In this document: piece by piece, positions 1 to 21,956 of the stretch
Layout of the letters: every line of letters begins with the position of its first letter
Numbering within the stretch: the first letter of the stretch is position 1
Source of the DNA: the human T2T-CHM13v2.0 reference genome, Homo sapiens
Length of the DNA: 64,000 bases
NCBI RefSeq assembly: GCF_009914755.1
Contig: NC_060926.1
Direction: 5' to 3' (one strand)
Notes under the pieces: model-generated
Database searches by the model: none
Seen by the model: the letters and a program-made list of their open reading frames with translations, nothing else
What the model was told of the DNA's origin: nothing
Position numbers and translations under genes: made by a program

Positions 1-1767
<1,767 letters not shown>

Positions 1768-2081
1768 TAGCAGATGATATGCCACGTACAGATTCTGTTA
1801 ACAAATGTCTGAATGAATGGCCAGTGAGTGGCAGCACTATGACCAGAACGCAGCTTTTCTGGTTCCTTTGTCTTTGCTCCTTAGGCAGAAGATGGCTCAA
1901 AAGCAATTAAGGCTTACAGTTACATTTCTCACTTCCTATTTCATGAAAATGCTGAATCTCAGATTTAGTCCCTTTTTCTTAATCTTTAGCAGTGACCTGG
2001 TGAAAACCATACTTTTCACACAGAGTAGTCACCTAGGTAGCAGTGCCACACATGGCATAATTATGACTATCCTACAATTTG

Positions 2082-2113
<32 letters not shown>

Positions 2114-2340
2114 GAGATATGTATATATATATATACACATACACACACAGATATACATATACACACACATGCACACAGACACACACAAACACACAGTTTC
2201 TAGAGATGGGGTCTTGCTCTGTTGCCCAGGCTGGAATGAAGAGGCACAATCATAGCTCACTGTAGCCTCGAATTCCTGAGCTCAAGTGATCCTCCTGCCT
2301 CAGCCTCCTGAATAGCTGAGACCACAGATGGGACCACATT
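2082..2340 (-). repeat. Compound (CT)n(CA)n(TA)n microsatellite abutting a partial Alu
   Basis: Direct inspection; Alu right-arm sequence about 2200-2330. Confidence 0.85.
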
Positions 2341-3063
2341 TTTTAACAGAGAATCACAGAAAAGGAAATAGTCTGTTAGATTCTTATCTCAATCCATAAA
2401 TACTTAAGGGGCCTTTGAAACAAACTCTAAATGCATAATAACACTCTGTAACAGGAACCCTCGAGTTGGTTCTATAAGCTACCCACAATATACTTTCACC
2501 TGATATTTTTCATAGACATTTAAGGAAAAGGTTTCAAAATGAAACTGAAATAAGCTGGTCACAAGGTAGCCTTGTGTATTCTGAACAAAGCCAGGACATG
2601 TTTGTTTATCCATGCTAGTATCCAAGACTTTTTCACCTTTTTTTCCCTATTAACGAGATTATCTGAATTGCTCATCTGAAAACAACTTCGTTGTGGGATA
2701 AATTTTGTGTTACTTTATTGGACAAAACTATATGGACACAATCTTGTGCTTATCAGACTTGAGTAACAACCTCCTATGTTTGATCATCACTGAAGTTGCT
2801 AATCAGACCCCTATGAGTAGCCATCTCTTGACTACAGAGGACAATGTTTAAGAGGACTGTGCTTAAGATGAAAAAAATATGAAAACAAGAATATATCCAC
2901 CTGCTGCTTAAGTATTTTCTGGAAAATGTCTTTTTTTCCTCTGGTAACTCTAATTGTTAAAAAATTCATTATCCTGGGCTAAACCCTGGCCCCTGTATCT
3001 GGTGAATTGAGGGAAAAAAAAGAATATAGGAGATATGACCACATTAGAAGAGGATAATTTTCA

Positions 3064-3840
<777 letters not shown>

Positions 3841-4429
3841 AGCTGAGAAAAATTTAAAACTCAAAATTAATAATACAACAACAAAAGAATAAATTCTCCA
3901 GAGAGGCATCATGGTATACTGTAGAAAACATGGACTTTTAAAAAGACAAAACAAGGCTTAAATTAAGGTTCTGCCTTCGTCTAAGTGACTGCCTCGTCGA
4001 TCCTCAATTCCTTAGTCTATAAAGTGAGGATAACAATGAATAGGGTTGTTGTGATAATGCAGTAATATATCAAAGTTCTTTAAAAACCGAAAAGCAGTAT
4101 AGAATTATGAGATATTACTAGACCATGCTGTTTCTTCTTGTGGCTATATTTACAGTGCTAATTTATATTACAGCTATTTATGTTTCATTCTCTAAATGTT
4201 ATCTAAATTCAGAGGCAATAATTGCTCTCCTTGACTCTGAATCAGTTGTATCCACAATGCACTAAACCAAACACTTCAATACTGAGTGTCTCAGAGTTGT
4301 GTCAGAAACAAAAAGGAAACAATTGGGTCACAAAAAAACTTTTTGCCGATTTTAGGTGTAGAACATATCTCAATATAAACATTTGCCAAAAAAAGTACTT
4401 GTTAAGTAAGAAAGGCTGTCACCAAATCA

Positions 4430-4830
4430 AAGAATTGTAGTGCTGGAAAAGGATTTGAGTATTTCTGTAGATCATCTACTGTAATACACATTTGATACAT
4501 ACAAAATTTCCCTCTGCAACACTCTTGACAGACAGGCATCTATCTGCTGCTTAAAACACTTTCTGGAAAATGTCTTTTTTCAGGTAATTCTACTAATTGT
4601 TAGAAACTGGCCTAAACTCTGTCACCTGTAATTTCTACCCCGCAAATCTTGTACTTCCTCTGAGAGCTACACAGCAACATTTAATTCTTCCTCTTTAGAA
4701 CAGTTGTTTTTTTTTTTTAACTTTAGAAGAGAATACTCATATCTCTTGTCCAACTCTTTTCATCTTTAGGTTAAACTCCCTTCAGTTCCCCCATTATTGA
4801 ATGTATGCCATGTTTCAAGTGGCCCACCTT
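4430..4830 (-). mobile_element. Probable ancient L3/CR1 fragment
   Basis: Degenerate resemblance to remembered L3 3' end motifs (CTAATTGTTAGAAA, CTTTAGGTTAAAC). Confidence 0.45.
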
Positions 4831-5474
4831 TATACCAGCTCCACTTTCCCCTGCCTCCCTTTGCAGTAGACTAAACAAGCTTTCATGTGTCCTACGGTGA
4901 GACCATCGCCTTCTTTGCCATAAACAGTAAGCTTTAGTCCAATCCATTGAAATCTTTGTGGATATTGGACTGTAAGAAATATATTTGCTTTTCTTCCCAG
5001 CTCCAAAATTATAAGCAGGTCAAAAGCAAAAAAGAATGCTGCTCTCAGAACTTTGACAATTTGAGTTTTACGCATTCAAGCAATTATTAGAATAGTCAGG
5101 CTGCTGGAGAAGATGGCCTTAAAATTCCTTCCTATGATGCTAGGCTTTAGCTCAGGAATAGAGAGGGATAGGTCTATAAGTCAAATCCTCTCATAACACG
5201 AGGATTTGTGGATGCAGAATGCTGACAAGTGAGGCCTGGGAGGCAAAACTGAGGTCAACCCTAGTAAGAACCTAGAGCTTCCAAGCCTCAGAACCATTGC
5301 TAGTCCTTTATCAAATGTAGTGGTGATACAACTGGAATTCTCCATGACAGTTTTACCGTGTTCTGTCCCATTTCTCCAGAAGTTACTGTAATGTTTCATT
5401 ATAAACCATATACACAACCCTGGCAAGAAACTTAGAAAGTCAGTAGAAGACTATAAATATCTAATTATACACTA

Positions 5475-8913
<3,439 letters not shown>

Positions 8914-9514
8914 AGAGTACTGTGACAAATCTGTCAGTGAAAGCAACTGAAAGTAACTATCTTTGGAAATCATAAACATGGTAAATCTATTATTAAGTGA
9001 ACAAAGTAAGTTACAAAGTGATATTTACAATTCCATTTTTATAAAAAACACATTAAACATTAGCTACATTAGAAGGCTATATTAAATAATATTTACAAAG
9101 GTCACTCTAGGTGGCTGGCGTTTGTAATAGGAAAATTAAATAGAATTTTAAAAAATGCATTGCTTTTGAAGATATTCCTTCTAAACAGACATAAAGCTGG
9201 TTAAGCTTCTGGAAAGAAGGGACTGTAAGTTATTCATTTTTGTATCCTTCAAGTGTAGAGTGCCCTATACATAATAGTCACCCAACAGACCTTTGTTGAA
9301 GGAACGAAATGGGAAACGTGGGATTTACAAACATCAATCTCTATGTCAGCTGCTTAAAATAATCAAATCCAAAATATTTGCAGGAGAATCATATTGTTCC
9401 CCAAGTAACATTTCATTCATAACATTAATTTACAATTAGGAAATGTTATGCTTTTAACAAACAAGAAAGAAATGCAAGGTTCTTAATGTGTATGAGAGCC
9501 TTGCATTTCTTGAG

Positions 9515-9755
9515 AGGTAGTATAGCGCCACAGTCCAGTATAGCTCTTAACCACTATGCTATATTACCTTGTATGGATCTAGGGATCCAGGAAAATACAA
9601 ATCGAAACAATGTGTTGTCCAAACTGGCAAAAATAAAAAAGATTGACCTAGTCAACGTGGAAAACTGAGTACTATCAACACTGTTGGCAGGAGATCATAA
9701 TGGTGCTCTTTTTGTAGTGATAAACTCTTCTCACAAAAACAGATACTCTGAAAGA
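9515..9755 (+). repeat. Copy 1 of a local ~240-bp direct duplication
   Basis: Collinear match to 11292-11538. Confidence 0.92.
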
Positions 9756-9910
9756 GGTAGGGTGAGATGGGGTGAAGGTGATACAAGAATAAAATCTTAT
9801 AAGATTTTGTTTTTGAAACAACTGATGGCAAATACAAAGCTTCTACTGAATTCACTCAGACCATGCCTAATTTATGCATACAGTATTCACTTTTATGCAG
9901 TATCTTTAAA

Positions 9911-11345
<1,435 letters not shown>

Positions 11346-13635
11346 TTTTCATGGATCTAGGGATCCAGAAGAATACCAATTAAAACAATGTATCATTTGT
11401 TATCCAAACTGGCAAATAAAAAAGACTGACCTAGTCAACGTGGAAAACTGAGTACTATCAACACTGCTGGTGGGAGAACATAATGGTGCTCTTTTTGCAG
11501 TGATAAACTATTCTTACAGAAACAGATACTCTGAAAGAAAGTTCAGAAAATCTATTTACCCAATAAAAGGTGGACAATAGTCAGTTTCTTACTAAAACAT
11601 TAATTTTACTTTTTCCTGAAGGTAGTAGCATATCTTAACATTCCTGCTTTTCTTTTCTCTCTTACTCCACAAATGCCCAGTAAAGGCTACCAGAGGATGA
11701 GCACGCCACTGCTCTCATGCTAACTTTTTGATGTGGCTGCTTCCCTTGTGCTTCAGGATTTAATCAGCTCAGGTCAAGCTTTTCCCAAAAGCCTGTTTCT
11801 GGATGCACTAACATCACTGAATCGGTTGATTCGCTTTTCCTTCCAGTGGGCTGACACAGATTCTGCTTTCTGAAACTCTTTTCCGTATTTGTCTCTTATC
11901 CTCTTTCTCAACAGGTTCAAGAGCTAAGACTGAAGGTGAGAAGCTCAAACTTTTCTGCTTTGTTCAAAAGCCATTAAAAAGGCCTTTCTTCTTTTCAGCA
12001 ATACGGTATTTCCAATCAGATGAAAACGTTGCTTCTGAAATCTCTCAATTCTCCAGTTTCCGGTTTACTGTCTACAAAGCATGTTAAGTAGCAATATTAT
12101 TACATTGTTAGATGTTAATAGTATAAATTATTTGAGGGAAAAATAAAATCCATGTCATAGCTTTTCCAGCACTTCAGTCATCCCTATATACCTATTTGAT
12201 CCATTATGGAGAGAAACACAGAAAGGCACATGGAGCTATAAAAGAGGCTGCTACTAAACCAAAACATGAAAGTACTGAAAGTTTATCACAGATGGTAGTA
12301 TGCAAAGGTGATACAGCCTTTAGTTTTTTTAAAAAGCATAGATCAATTTCCATTCGAAAAATCTCACTTGTACATCCAAAACTTCCTTTTTGCACTGTGG
12401 TCTAAAATGTATTACCAACTTGGTTTCTGATTATAGCAAAGCAATTAAATTTGCAAGCGTGACATGGACATTGTGAAAACGCAACAGAATACCAAGAAAA
12501 CAGTGCTTTACTAAACCTCCAAGGGAGGAGCCCTGAAGTGGTGACTACCTTTTCACTGAGGGAGCAATTTAAGAACGTTCGTACTATAGATTACAGATAG
12601 GATGCATGAAGAGATTAAAGTTGGCAGGAGAATGGAAAATTTGAATATCCAAGTTTGCATTTTTTCATCTGCATCATATGGTGACAGACTAACACACTCC
12701 ACGAAAACACAAAGCTTCCTTACGGAGAGGATGCAAAAGGGGCACCACAACAGGCCCGAGGCAATGATTTCTCTACCCCACTCTATCCTACCGTGGCCCC
12801 AGCGACATCACACCATTGCTGGACAGCTCCACCACAGCTAGGCATAACCGCACCGACAGGAGCGAGCAAAGACACCTCGGCTAGGAGTCCCAGCGCGAGG
12901 CACCCCACACCTAAGCCTATGGTCCTCATCTTGCTGGAAAGAAAACTGAGGCGCTGAGGGGGAAGCAGTGACCAATGCCTGAGAAGGCCAAGAGTGTTAA
13001 GACGAGGTCGATCTTGGACTTCTCTTTCCCCACCTCCCCCAACTACTCCAGTCCTGGAAGAAGCCACAAGTTTGGAAGAGAAGTTGTGGAAACCAGACGG
13101 GGGTGGGGTGCGGTGCGGTGCGGTGGGGGACCTGAGAGAGTTTTAAAAGCACTGGTATTTGTCCCACACAAGGTCGCCCGCTCCAAGTCACTGTTCCCCG
13201 CTCCCCGGGTAGGCTTATAGCCAAAGAGGCTTCTAGGCTTCGAGATCAGCCCACCGCGCCCCCTCAGCCCTTCTCCGCGGGCCGCAGCCCCATCCCGGCC
13301 TCTGGGTCCCGGCCGGGGATCGGAACCCAGCCGGCTTCTCCGACAGCGTTTCCGACGCCCGGCACCTCTCGCAGCCCCGTCCCCCAGGCTCCCCCGTCTC
13401 CACCCGCCACCCCCCGGCGCTCCCGTCAACGTCCCCTTCCTCCCTCAGGACGCCCCTTGGGGCGCCTCTCGCGCCGGGTCCCGCCGGGTGCTCGGCACGC
13501 TGTTCCTTTCCTCTCCCCTCCCGCGGCCCTTCTTCTGTGGGGCCCACCTGGCGCGGCCCCCGCCCCCGGCCAGTCTCCTCAGTGAGCGGCCGCCTCCCAA
13601 GTCCTCCCGGCCCCGCCCCGCTCCCGGACGGATAC

Positions 13636-13685
13636 AGTTTGAAGCCCCTCAGGATCTCCCTGGCCCGCTCGTCCTTGGCTGACAT
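13636..13685 (-). CDS. PDE6D: PDE6D coding exon 1 (prenyl-binding protein / rod PDE delta subunit), codons 1-17; rest of gene lies left of the window
   Basis: Translation MSAKDERAREILRGFKL equals the PDE6D N-terminus; ATG at 13685-13683; 50 coding nt then GT donor (CT|GTATCCGT) at 13635. Confidence 0.97.
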
Positions 13686-14160
13686 GATGCGGCGGTCGCC
13701 GCCCGCGGCTTTCTCACTCTGGTCGGCGGAGCCTCGCAGACGGTGCCCAGGAGCCGAGGATGGAGCCGCAGCCCGGCTTGGAGACCTCGGGCTAGCAGCC
13801 GCAGCGGCCAGACCAGGACCGGCCTCTCTCTCCCCTCAGCTCCCGCTTCTGATCCCTTCTCCTTCCCCCTAGCCTCGCAGTGCCCTCCTGGAACCAATGG
13901 AAAGCCAGCCTTGGCGATTGGCATCTCAACCAGCCAGTAGGAGCGCGCAGCGGCTTCGCAGGGGGACTGTTAACGTCAATGGGAAGGGCCCTCCCCGGGA
14001 AGTCCCATAGGACACAATATTCATCTGGTGTTGTTGCCTAGAGTTTGTCCCAGCGGAGGGTTGGCTTCGGATCTGCAGAGGCTTTAGGGACCTGCTCCAG
14101 CCACTGAGCACACTAGCCGTCTGAGACGGCAGCTGAGTTGCACTGTGCGACGCGACAGAG

Positions 14161-14254
14161 ACTACATTTCCCAGCATTCCAGCGGCGCACTCGGGGGACC
14201 ACAGATCCCAGCGCACCACAAAGAGGCCCGGGGACTACAAATCCCAGCATCCCC
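14161..14254 (+). promoter_or_regulatory. Three tandem ZNF143/THAP11-type (SBS, ACTACA-n3-CCCAG) motifs
   Basis: ACTACATTTCCCAGCATTCC (14161), ACCACAGATCCCAGCGCACC (14198), ACTACAAATCCCAGCATCCC (14234). Confidence 0.85.
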
Positions 14255-14454
14255 TGCACTCGGTTCCTCTGTAACTTAGACTCCAGTGTGCCGCGCAGTG
14301 TGCGCAAATTCACAAACCCGCCCGCTGAGTTGGTCGTTTCGGAATCCCGAGACTTGAAACCCAACGGGAAGACCCTTCTCACCCTCAAAAGAAGATGACA
14401 GCCCGCAGAGAGTTAACTTCTGTTTACATGGAACTCAGACATCTGCAAATCATG
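14250..14454 (+). other. COPS7B: Probable alternative upstream first exon of COPS7B (start approximate)
   Basis: Strong donor ATG|GTAAGG at 14454/14455 at the downstream edge of the CpG island, oriented toward COPS7B. Confidence 0.5.
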
Positions 14455-14599
14455 GTAAGGCTGCAAACAACAAACAAAAACACTGATTAAACCGTGAAAG
14501 AGAACAAAATGACTTCTTCAAATCGTGCTTGTTTGTTGGTCTGAGGCGCCTTTTACATGTATTTCAGGGTTTTTTGCTGTATTCCTGGTTTGCACCGGG

Positions 14600-14790
14600 A
14601 GAGCTATGGATTGTATACTCAGAATATCAAAACATAAAGGGACTTTGCTAATCTATCCCCTGTTGTTACGTATGAGGAAATTGAGGCCCAGAGAGGCGAA
14701 GGGATTGGCCACAGATCACAGCAAGTTCGGGCAGAGTTAGAATTCAGCCCTAAGTCGGCTGACTTGCAGTCTGGACTCTTTGCACCACAC
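14600..14790. mobile_element. MIR fragment
   Basis: ATGAGGAAATTGAGGCCCAGAGAGGCGAAGGGATTGGCC core. Confidence 0.75.
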
Positions 14791-15394
14791 TAAGGAGGTG
14801 ATATTTTTAGCAGCATGGCAATGTGAATTATTCTCCTTGAACGGTTTTCCTATCCACTGTTGAAACACCCAGAATTAGGTAGCATTTATTTGGTGGATTT
14901 CTTGCGAGTGAGGGAGTGTGATATTTATTTATTTTCAGCCTAGGTAGGATTTGGTGTTTTGTTTTTTGCCACTCAAGGTGACATTTAATGTGATTTCAGG
15001 AAGTAGGTAAAATTACAGTGTGAGCCACGGTTTCCTTGGAAACCTCCTCTGTCCTTCTCTTGGCCTTCCTTCCTCTGCCTGTCCCCACTTTCACCCATCT
15101 GGGAACTCACCCAATTTTTTCTTCCATGTAATTCAACAAATATCTTTTCAGCCTGTTATTTGTCAGGCACTGAGTGGGTAAAAGGTGAAGGACATGGTCA
15201 CTGCCACCAGGAAGATGAACATATATTTAGGGAAATAAGGAGACTCCACTGAGATTCAAGATGGAGTGTGATAAAATGGCATAAAGAAATGACATCAGAA
15301 TGCTAAGGAGGCCCTGATGAAAAGGTTCATTGCAGCTGGCAAAACTTTAATGGACAAGGTGGCATTTGAACTTGAATTTTTTTTCCATGTTAAA

Positions 15395-16560
15395 AAAGTT
15401 TTTTTTTTGTTAATGAGGTGTAACATACAGTATGGGAACAATTTTCACATAGGTATACACCCCTGTCGCCACTACCCAAATCAAGATATAGAACATTTCT
15501 AGCACACTTAGTGCTCCCTCCCAATCAGTATTACATCCTTACATATTGAGATAATCACTCTTCTGACTGTATCACCATAGATCAGTTTTCTCTGTTCTTG
15601 AATTCCAGTTAAATATAATAATACAGTATGTACAGTATGTGTCTGGCTTTTTTACTTTATCAGTATTTTTGTGAAATTCATCCATGTTGTGTGTAGCCTT
15701 TTAATTGCTGAATAGTATTCTGTTGTATGTTTATACCACAATTTATCTTTTCCACTGTTGGCGGGCATTTGGGTTGTTATTTTTTGGACTATTATTAGCA
15801 AAGCCGTAGTGAGCATTCTTACATGTTTCTTTTTGTAGACACTTGCACACATTTCTAGGAGAGGAATTGCTAGTGTGTAGGGAGGGTATGCACATGATCA
15901 GTGATAGTAGACATTGCCAGTTTTTCAAAATGATTGTACCAATTTACGCCTTTGCCAGCAATATGAGAGAGTTCTAGGTGCCTCTTATCCTTGTCAACAC
16001 AAGAGTTTTGTTGTCAGTCTTCTTAATTGTAGCCGTTCTGGCTGAATGTGGTATCTCATTAAGGTATTTATTTGCATTTTTCCTGATGTTGAGCACCTTT
16101 CAATGTGCTTGTTGGCTAGTTGAACGTCCTCTTTCGTGAAGTGCCTGTTCTTTTCCCAACTTTTAAAAATTGGGCTGTCTTCTTATTGATTTGTAGTTCT
16201 TTACAGTCTGGATATGGAGTTCTTTGATATATGCTTTGCAGATATCTTTTCCAAGGCATGGCTTGTCTTTTCACTCTCTTACTGGTGTCTTTTGAAACAA
16301 ATTATATTTTTGAGGGATGGGGTCTCTGCTGTGTTGCCCAGGCTGGAATGCAGTGGCTATTCACAGGCACCAGCATTGCCCACTGCAACCTCGAACTCCT
16401 GGGATCAAGTGATCCTCCTGCCTCTGCCTCGCAAGTAGCTATAGTAAGACTATAGGTGTACTCCACTGCATCTGACAAGCAGAAATTCTTAATTTTAACA
16501 CAGTGCAATAGTTCCGTGCTTTTTATTATGGTTAGTGTTTTTTGCATTGGATTTCAGAAA
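15395..16560 (-). mobile_element. Old L1M 3' fragment with a partial Alu (about 16305-16470)
   Basis: Peptide KLWYKHTTEYYSAIKR..WMNF and motifs such as GATGTTGAGCACCTTT. Confidence 0.82.
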
Positions 16561-16770
16561 TCTTTGCTTTTAGAGTTGGCAGGTTTTTTACAGGCTGATA
16601 GAAGAGCATTCCAAAAAAGAGCAAGCTTGAGCATAGGTGTGGTGTCTGAGAGGGAGGGTGTAAGTTGTGCCGGGCATGGGAGTTTGGACTGAGAAGGGGG
16701 AGGGGGTGGGGTGCGACAAAGCTGGAGTTAGGAGGGAGGCACACTTTGAAGGGCTTTCAGTGCAGCCACT

Positions 16771-17900
<1,130 letters not shown>

Positions 17901-18699
17901 CATTTCTCACTCTTGAAAACCCTGGGGTCAAACCACTCTGGGTTTCTTTTTGACATCAGTATATGCTGCACAGTGCGAGCCTCTGTGACAATGGGCACTA
18001 CCCCCCTTTTTTCCCCTTTTTGTCTGTTTTTTTCTTCCCCAACCTCTTCTGTGCTTCCAAAGTGTTGTCATATCTTCCCCATAGCATTTAACACATTGGA
18101 GCTTTTGAGGGTAAGAGCTTTGTTTTATCTTCATATAACTTTTCAGGACATAATAGGTGCTAAAGAAATGTTTTTGAATAAATGAATGAGTTGGTTGATG
18201 CTAGGCTCCTTTGCATTTGTCCTGTCTCATTTCTGCATTCTAACGCACGATAGGCAAATAGGGCTGTTTTTCTCTCTCATTTTCAAGACCTGAAAGACTG
18301 TGGTGTATACAGGAATCAGTTTAAGTGTTCAATTATGTGGCATTTCTTAGCCATCTTCCCAGGGGAGTTGGTAAGCACCAGATGCAACTCTATCAATGAC
18401 ATTTTGGTCATAGAACCATTGTTGGCTTAACCCATCTCTTGCTTATTTTAAAACATTTTCTGAATAGAGGTCAAGAACATCGTCTTCGGCCTCAGATAGC
18501 CTGGGTTTGACAAAGATAGCAAGCTTTGTCACTTTCTGACTTTTGGACTTAGTTAACTCACCTGAAAAATGGGAACAATAATACAAGCCACAGTTATGAG
18601 AATTCAACGAGATAATGCATGTACAGCACCTGGCACATGGTAAAACGCTCAATAAGTGGTAGTTAGTAGGCTTAATGTATCTCGGTGCCCAGGGGTAGC

Positions 18700-19330
18700 G
18701 CAGTAGCCATGGGGAGCTCCTGAGAGAGAAAGCACAGCCTAAGGGGAGGATTTGGGGCCCGGGATGGCGATGGCGACGGTTGGGCTGCAGTACCGTCTAG
18801 GCCGCATTCCTCTCCTTGGGCCCCTAGCCACCCCCTCCCCGCCTGGTTCCCGGGCTGCAGACTCTTCCCCGCCCCCTCGCTCCCACTTCCCCACCGGAGG
18901 TCGAAGGCTGTAAACGCGGCGGGTGGAACCTTGTGTGGGCGGAACGCGAGTGCAGCGGTGGGAGGCTTCCGGGGGAGCTGCACGGGCGACGGGTCGGCGG
19001 AGACAGAAAAGCGCCGGACGCCGGGGTGATCATGGACGCTTGACAACCTGCGGGCAGGCGCCGGGAGGCCGAGCCAGCGACTAAGAGGACCGAGAGGTGG
19101 CGTGGACAGGTAGGAGCTAGCGAGAGGGTGGGCCGAGCGGGGCCGGCGCTCCAGGCTCGGCCAGACGATCCGGCTTAGAGCCCGCCGCCAAGGAAGCCCG
19201 CGGCCGTGCCCGCCCCGCCCCCGCCTTGGGGAGCGCGTCCCGCGGCTCCTCACTCCACGCCTGCGGCCCTGCTTGGAGCATACCGCCCACCGTGAGGTCT
19301 GCTGCAGCTTGCGACCCTCAGCTTCAGTGC
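18700..19330. promoter_or_regulatory. CpG island / main COPS7B promoter
   Basis: GC/CpG-rich segment with GC boxes (CCCGCCCC near 18867 and 19209-19224) about 2 kb upstream of the first coding exon. Confidence 0.88.
18960..19109 (+). other. COPS7B: COPS7B non-coding exon 1 (5' UTR; start approximate)
   Basis: Donor CAG|GTAGGA at 19109/19110 inside the CpG island; exon 2 has only 16 nt of UTR after its acceptor. Confidence 0.72.
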
Positions 19331-20677
19331 TGTGGCTGCTTTCGCTCTCCCATCCCCAAAGGCTGCTCGTTTGCCCCTCTCCAGTCCATCCAAATAGCGC
19401 CCTCCCCTGACGGGAATTTATCTCCGCTCTGTGCCTAGCCTCTGGCCCTCCCACTCCAGAAGAAAGCGACTGTCTCCGTCTCTTTACATTCTCTGCGCCC
19501 ACAGGCTTTGCTCCTTAAGCCGAGATTTTTTGAAGGGACAGAAGTTTCTCTCCATTTCCCTACCCCCTCTCCACCCCCACCTCCTAACATTGGGACTCTT
19601 TGCAGAGATCCCCATCTGTCTCTTCACACGGGTCCTCTTGGAAGGGCCTTTTCGCTCCTTCCCTCTTTACCGTCACCGACCCTCCTTTCTTCCCTACTCC
19701 TTTCCTTCTTCCTCGTATCCTCTCCCCTTCTCTTTTCCCTTTCCCTTCCGTCCTCAAACTCGTTGTTCCCCAGCACTTCATTGTTTTTCCTGTGTCTGGC
19801 CGGACCTTCTTAGGTAACCCTAAGTGAGGCGACATACTTGTTTCTCTAATACTGTGAAAGGGCAACTAATCTGTGTGCCTGCCAACACAAAACTTAGTTC
19901 CTCTTGCACCAAACTATTCTTCAAATTGTTCTTTGCTGCACTCTACTATACCGTTTTTCGTTCATTTTGTCACGCTGCTCTAATATGTATCATTCTTGGA
20001 GGAGAAATCTTACCTGGAACTCCTGTACACTCAGCGTGTAATTAGATTACACAATTGAGGGACCCTCCTGTACTTAATGTCTTCGGAGCGCTGATACAAT
20101 ATTTTCACTGTTTTCCCAAATCTTTTTATCGTTTTCTTGAGGTTTTTTTTTTTTTACACATTCTGAAGTCACGTTTGGTTAAAATGTCGTATCAGGAGGA
20201 GGCCGAATACAGGGATTTTTCCCCATGGTCTTACACAGCATGTATGTTCTTAGTTTGAATATATCGCTACTTTTCTTTCAAAATGATGTCTCCCTTTATC
20301 TGTGCTTACTTGACTTGATTAAATGAGACATCTTTCTTGTCTGGTTTTTTGTTTTCCTTATCTGTCTGGCTGTAGATTGGATTCTGATGACACAGTGGGA
20401 GCTGTAACTGATTGCTTTTGCTTACATCCGGTGCCTCTGTGTATAGGCAGTATCCTCCATTTCTTAACCAGAATGTATAAACGAGGTGGATATAAAACAG
20501 CTGCTGAGAAACTCATGTGTTTTTCTTTAGGTCCTGGTCAGGTTTAAGGACTTAGAAGGTGTTGCCTCTGGAGGAGGGACAGGTGGAAGTGAAATGACTT
20601 TTACAAAGTGTGTTTCAAACACCAGAATTTAGGACAAGATCCTTTTAACTCCAGGTTGAACTCCACCCATCTCATAA

Positions 20678-21028
<351 letters not shown>

Positions 21029-21105
21029 TAAAAGTAAAGTATTCTGGTGTTTGATTCAGCACTGAATAGGCACAGACTTTGCAAAGGAGAAGGAAGAATG
21101 ACTGA

Positions 21106-21528
<423 letters not shown>

Positions 21529-21956
21529 TAAAAGATAGTAAAAAAGTCAAATTGATCCTGATAAATTAGAAAAGTAGTGCTGTAAGCATGGGCTGTTTAA
21601 TAGGAGTAGATTCATGCATTCTTAAGGACCAGAAACCTCCAGTGCAATATCGATAAGGAAGATTGGTCAGGGACACACAGCAGAAACATACTGCTATTGA
21701 ACATAAGATGGACATGAATAGGAGTGTATTGTTCTTGAGGAAAAGGGCAGTGTTGTGCTAAATGTGTTAGATGTGTTAGATATGACATGAAAAGCTAGGA
21801 CATAGTTCATTTTACTTGTTTGCTTGCTTGTTATTAAAACCTTGGATATCCAGTTTTGGTCATTGTGCCTCAAAAATGAGAAGATCCATTGAACAGAAGG
21901 AACAAAGAGATGTAAAGCAATCTATACTTCTCAACCTCTACTTTCCAATTTGAACA

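Larger units (their letters stand above)
13090..14400. promoter_or_regulatory. CpG island / PDE6D promoter, probably bidirectional with an upstream COPS7B start
   Basis: Very GC/CpG-rich; CCAAT at 13894, ATTGG at 13917, ETS-like CGGGAAGT near 13996, ZNF143-type motifs at 14161-14254. Confidence 0.9.

Noticed and set aside
13233-13635. Continuation of the 150-aa ORF beyond PDE6D codon 17
   Set aside because: Diverges from PDE6D after GFKL at the splice donor; GC-rich intron read-through
18672-19502. 276-aa minus-strand ORF over the COPS7B promoter
   Set aside because: Low-complexity R/G/P/S translation typical of stop-poor CpG islands; no recognisable homology
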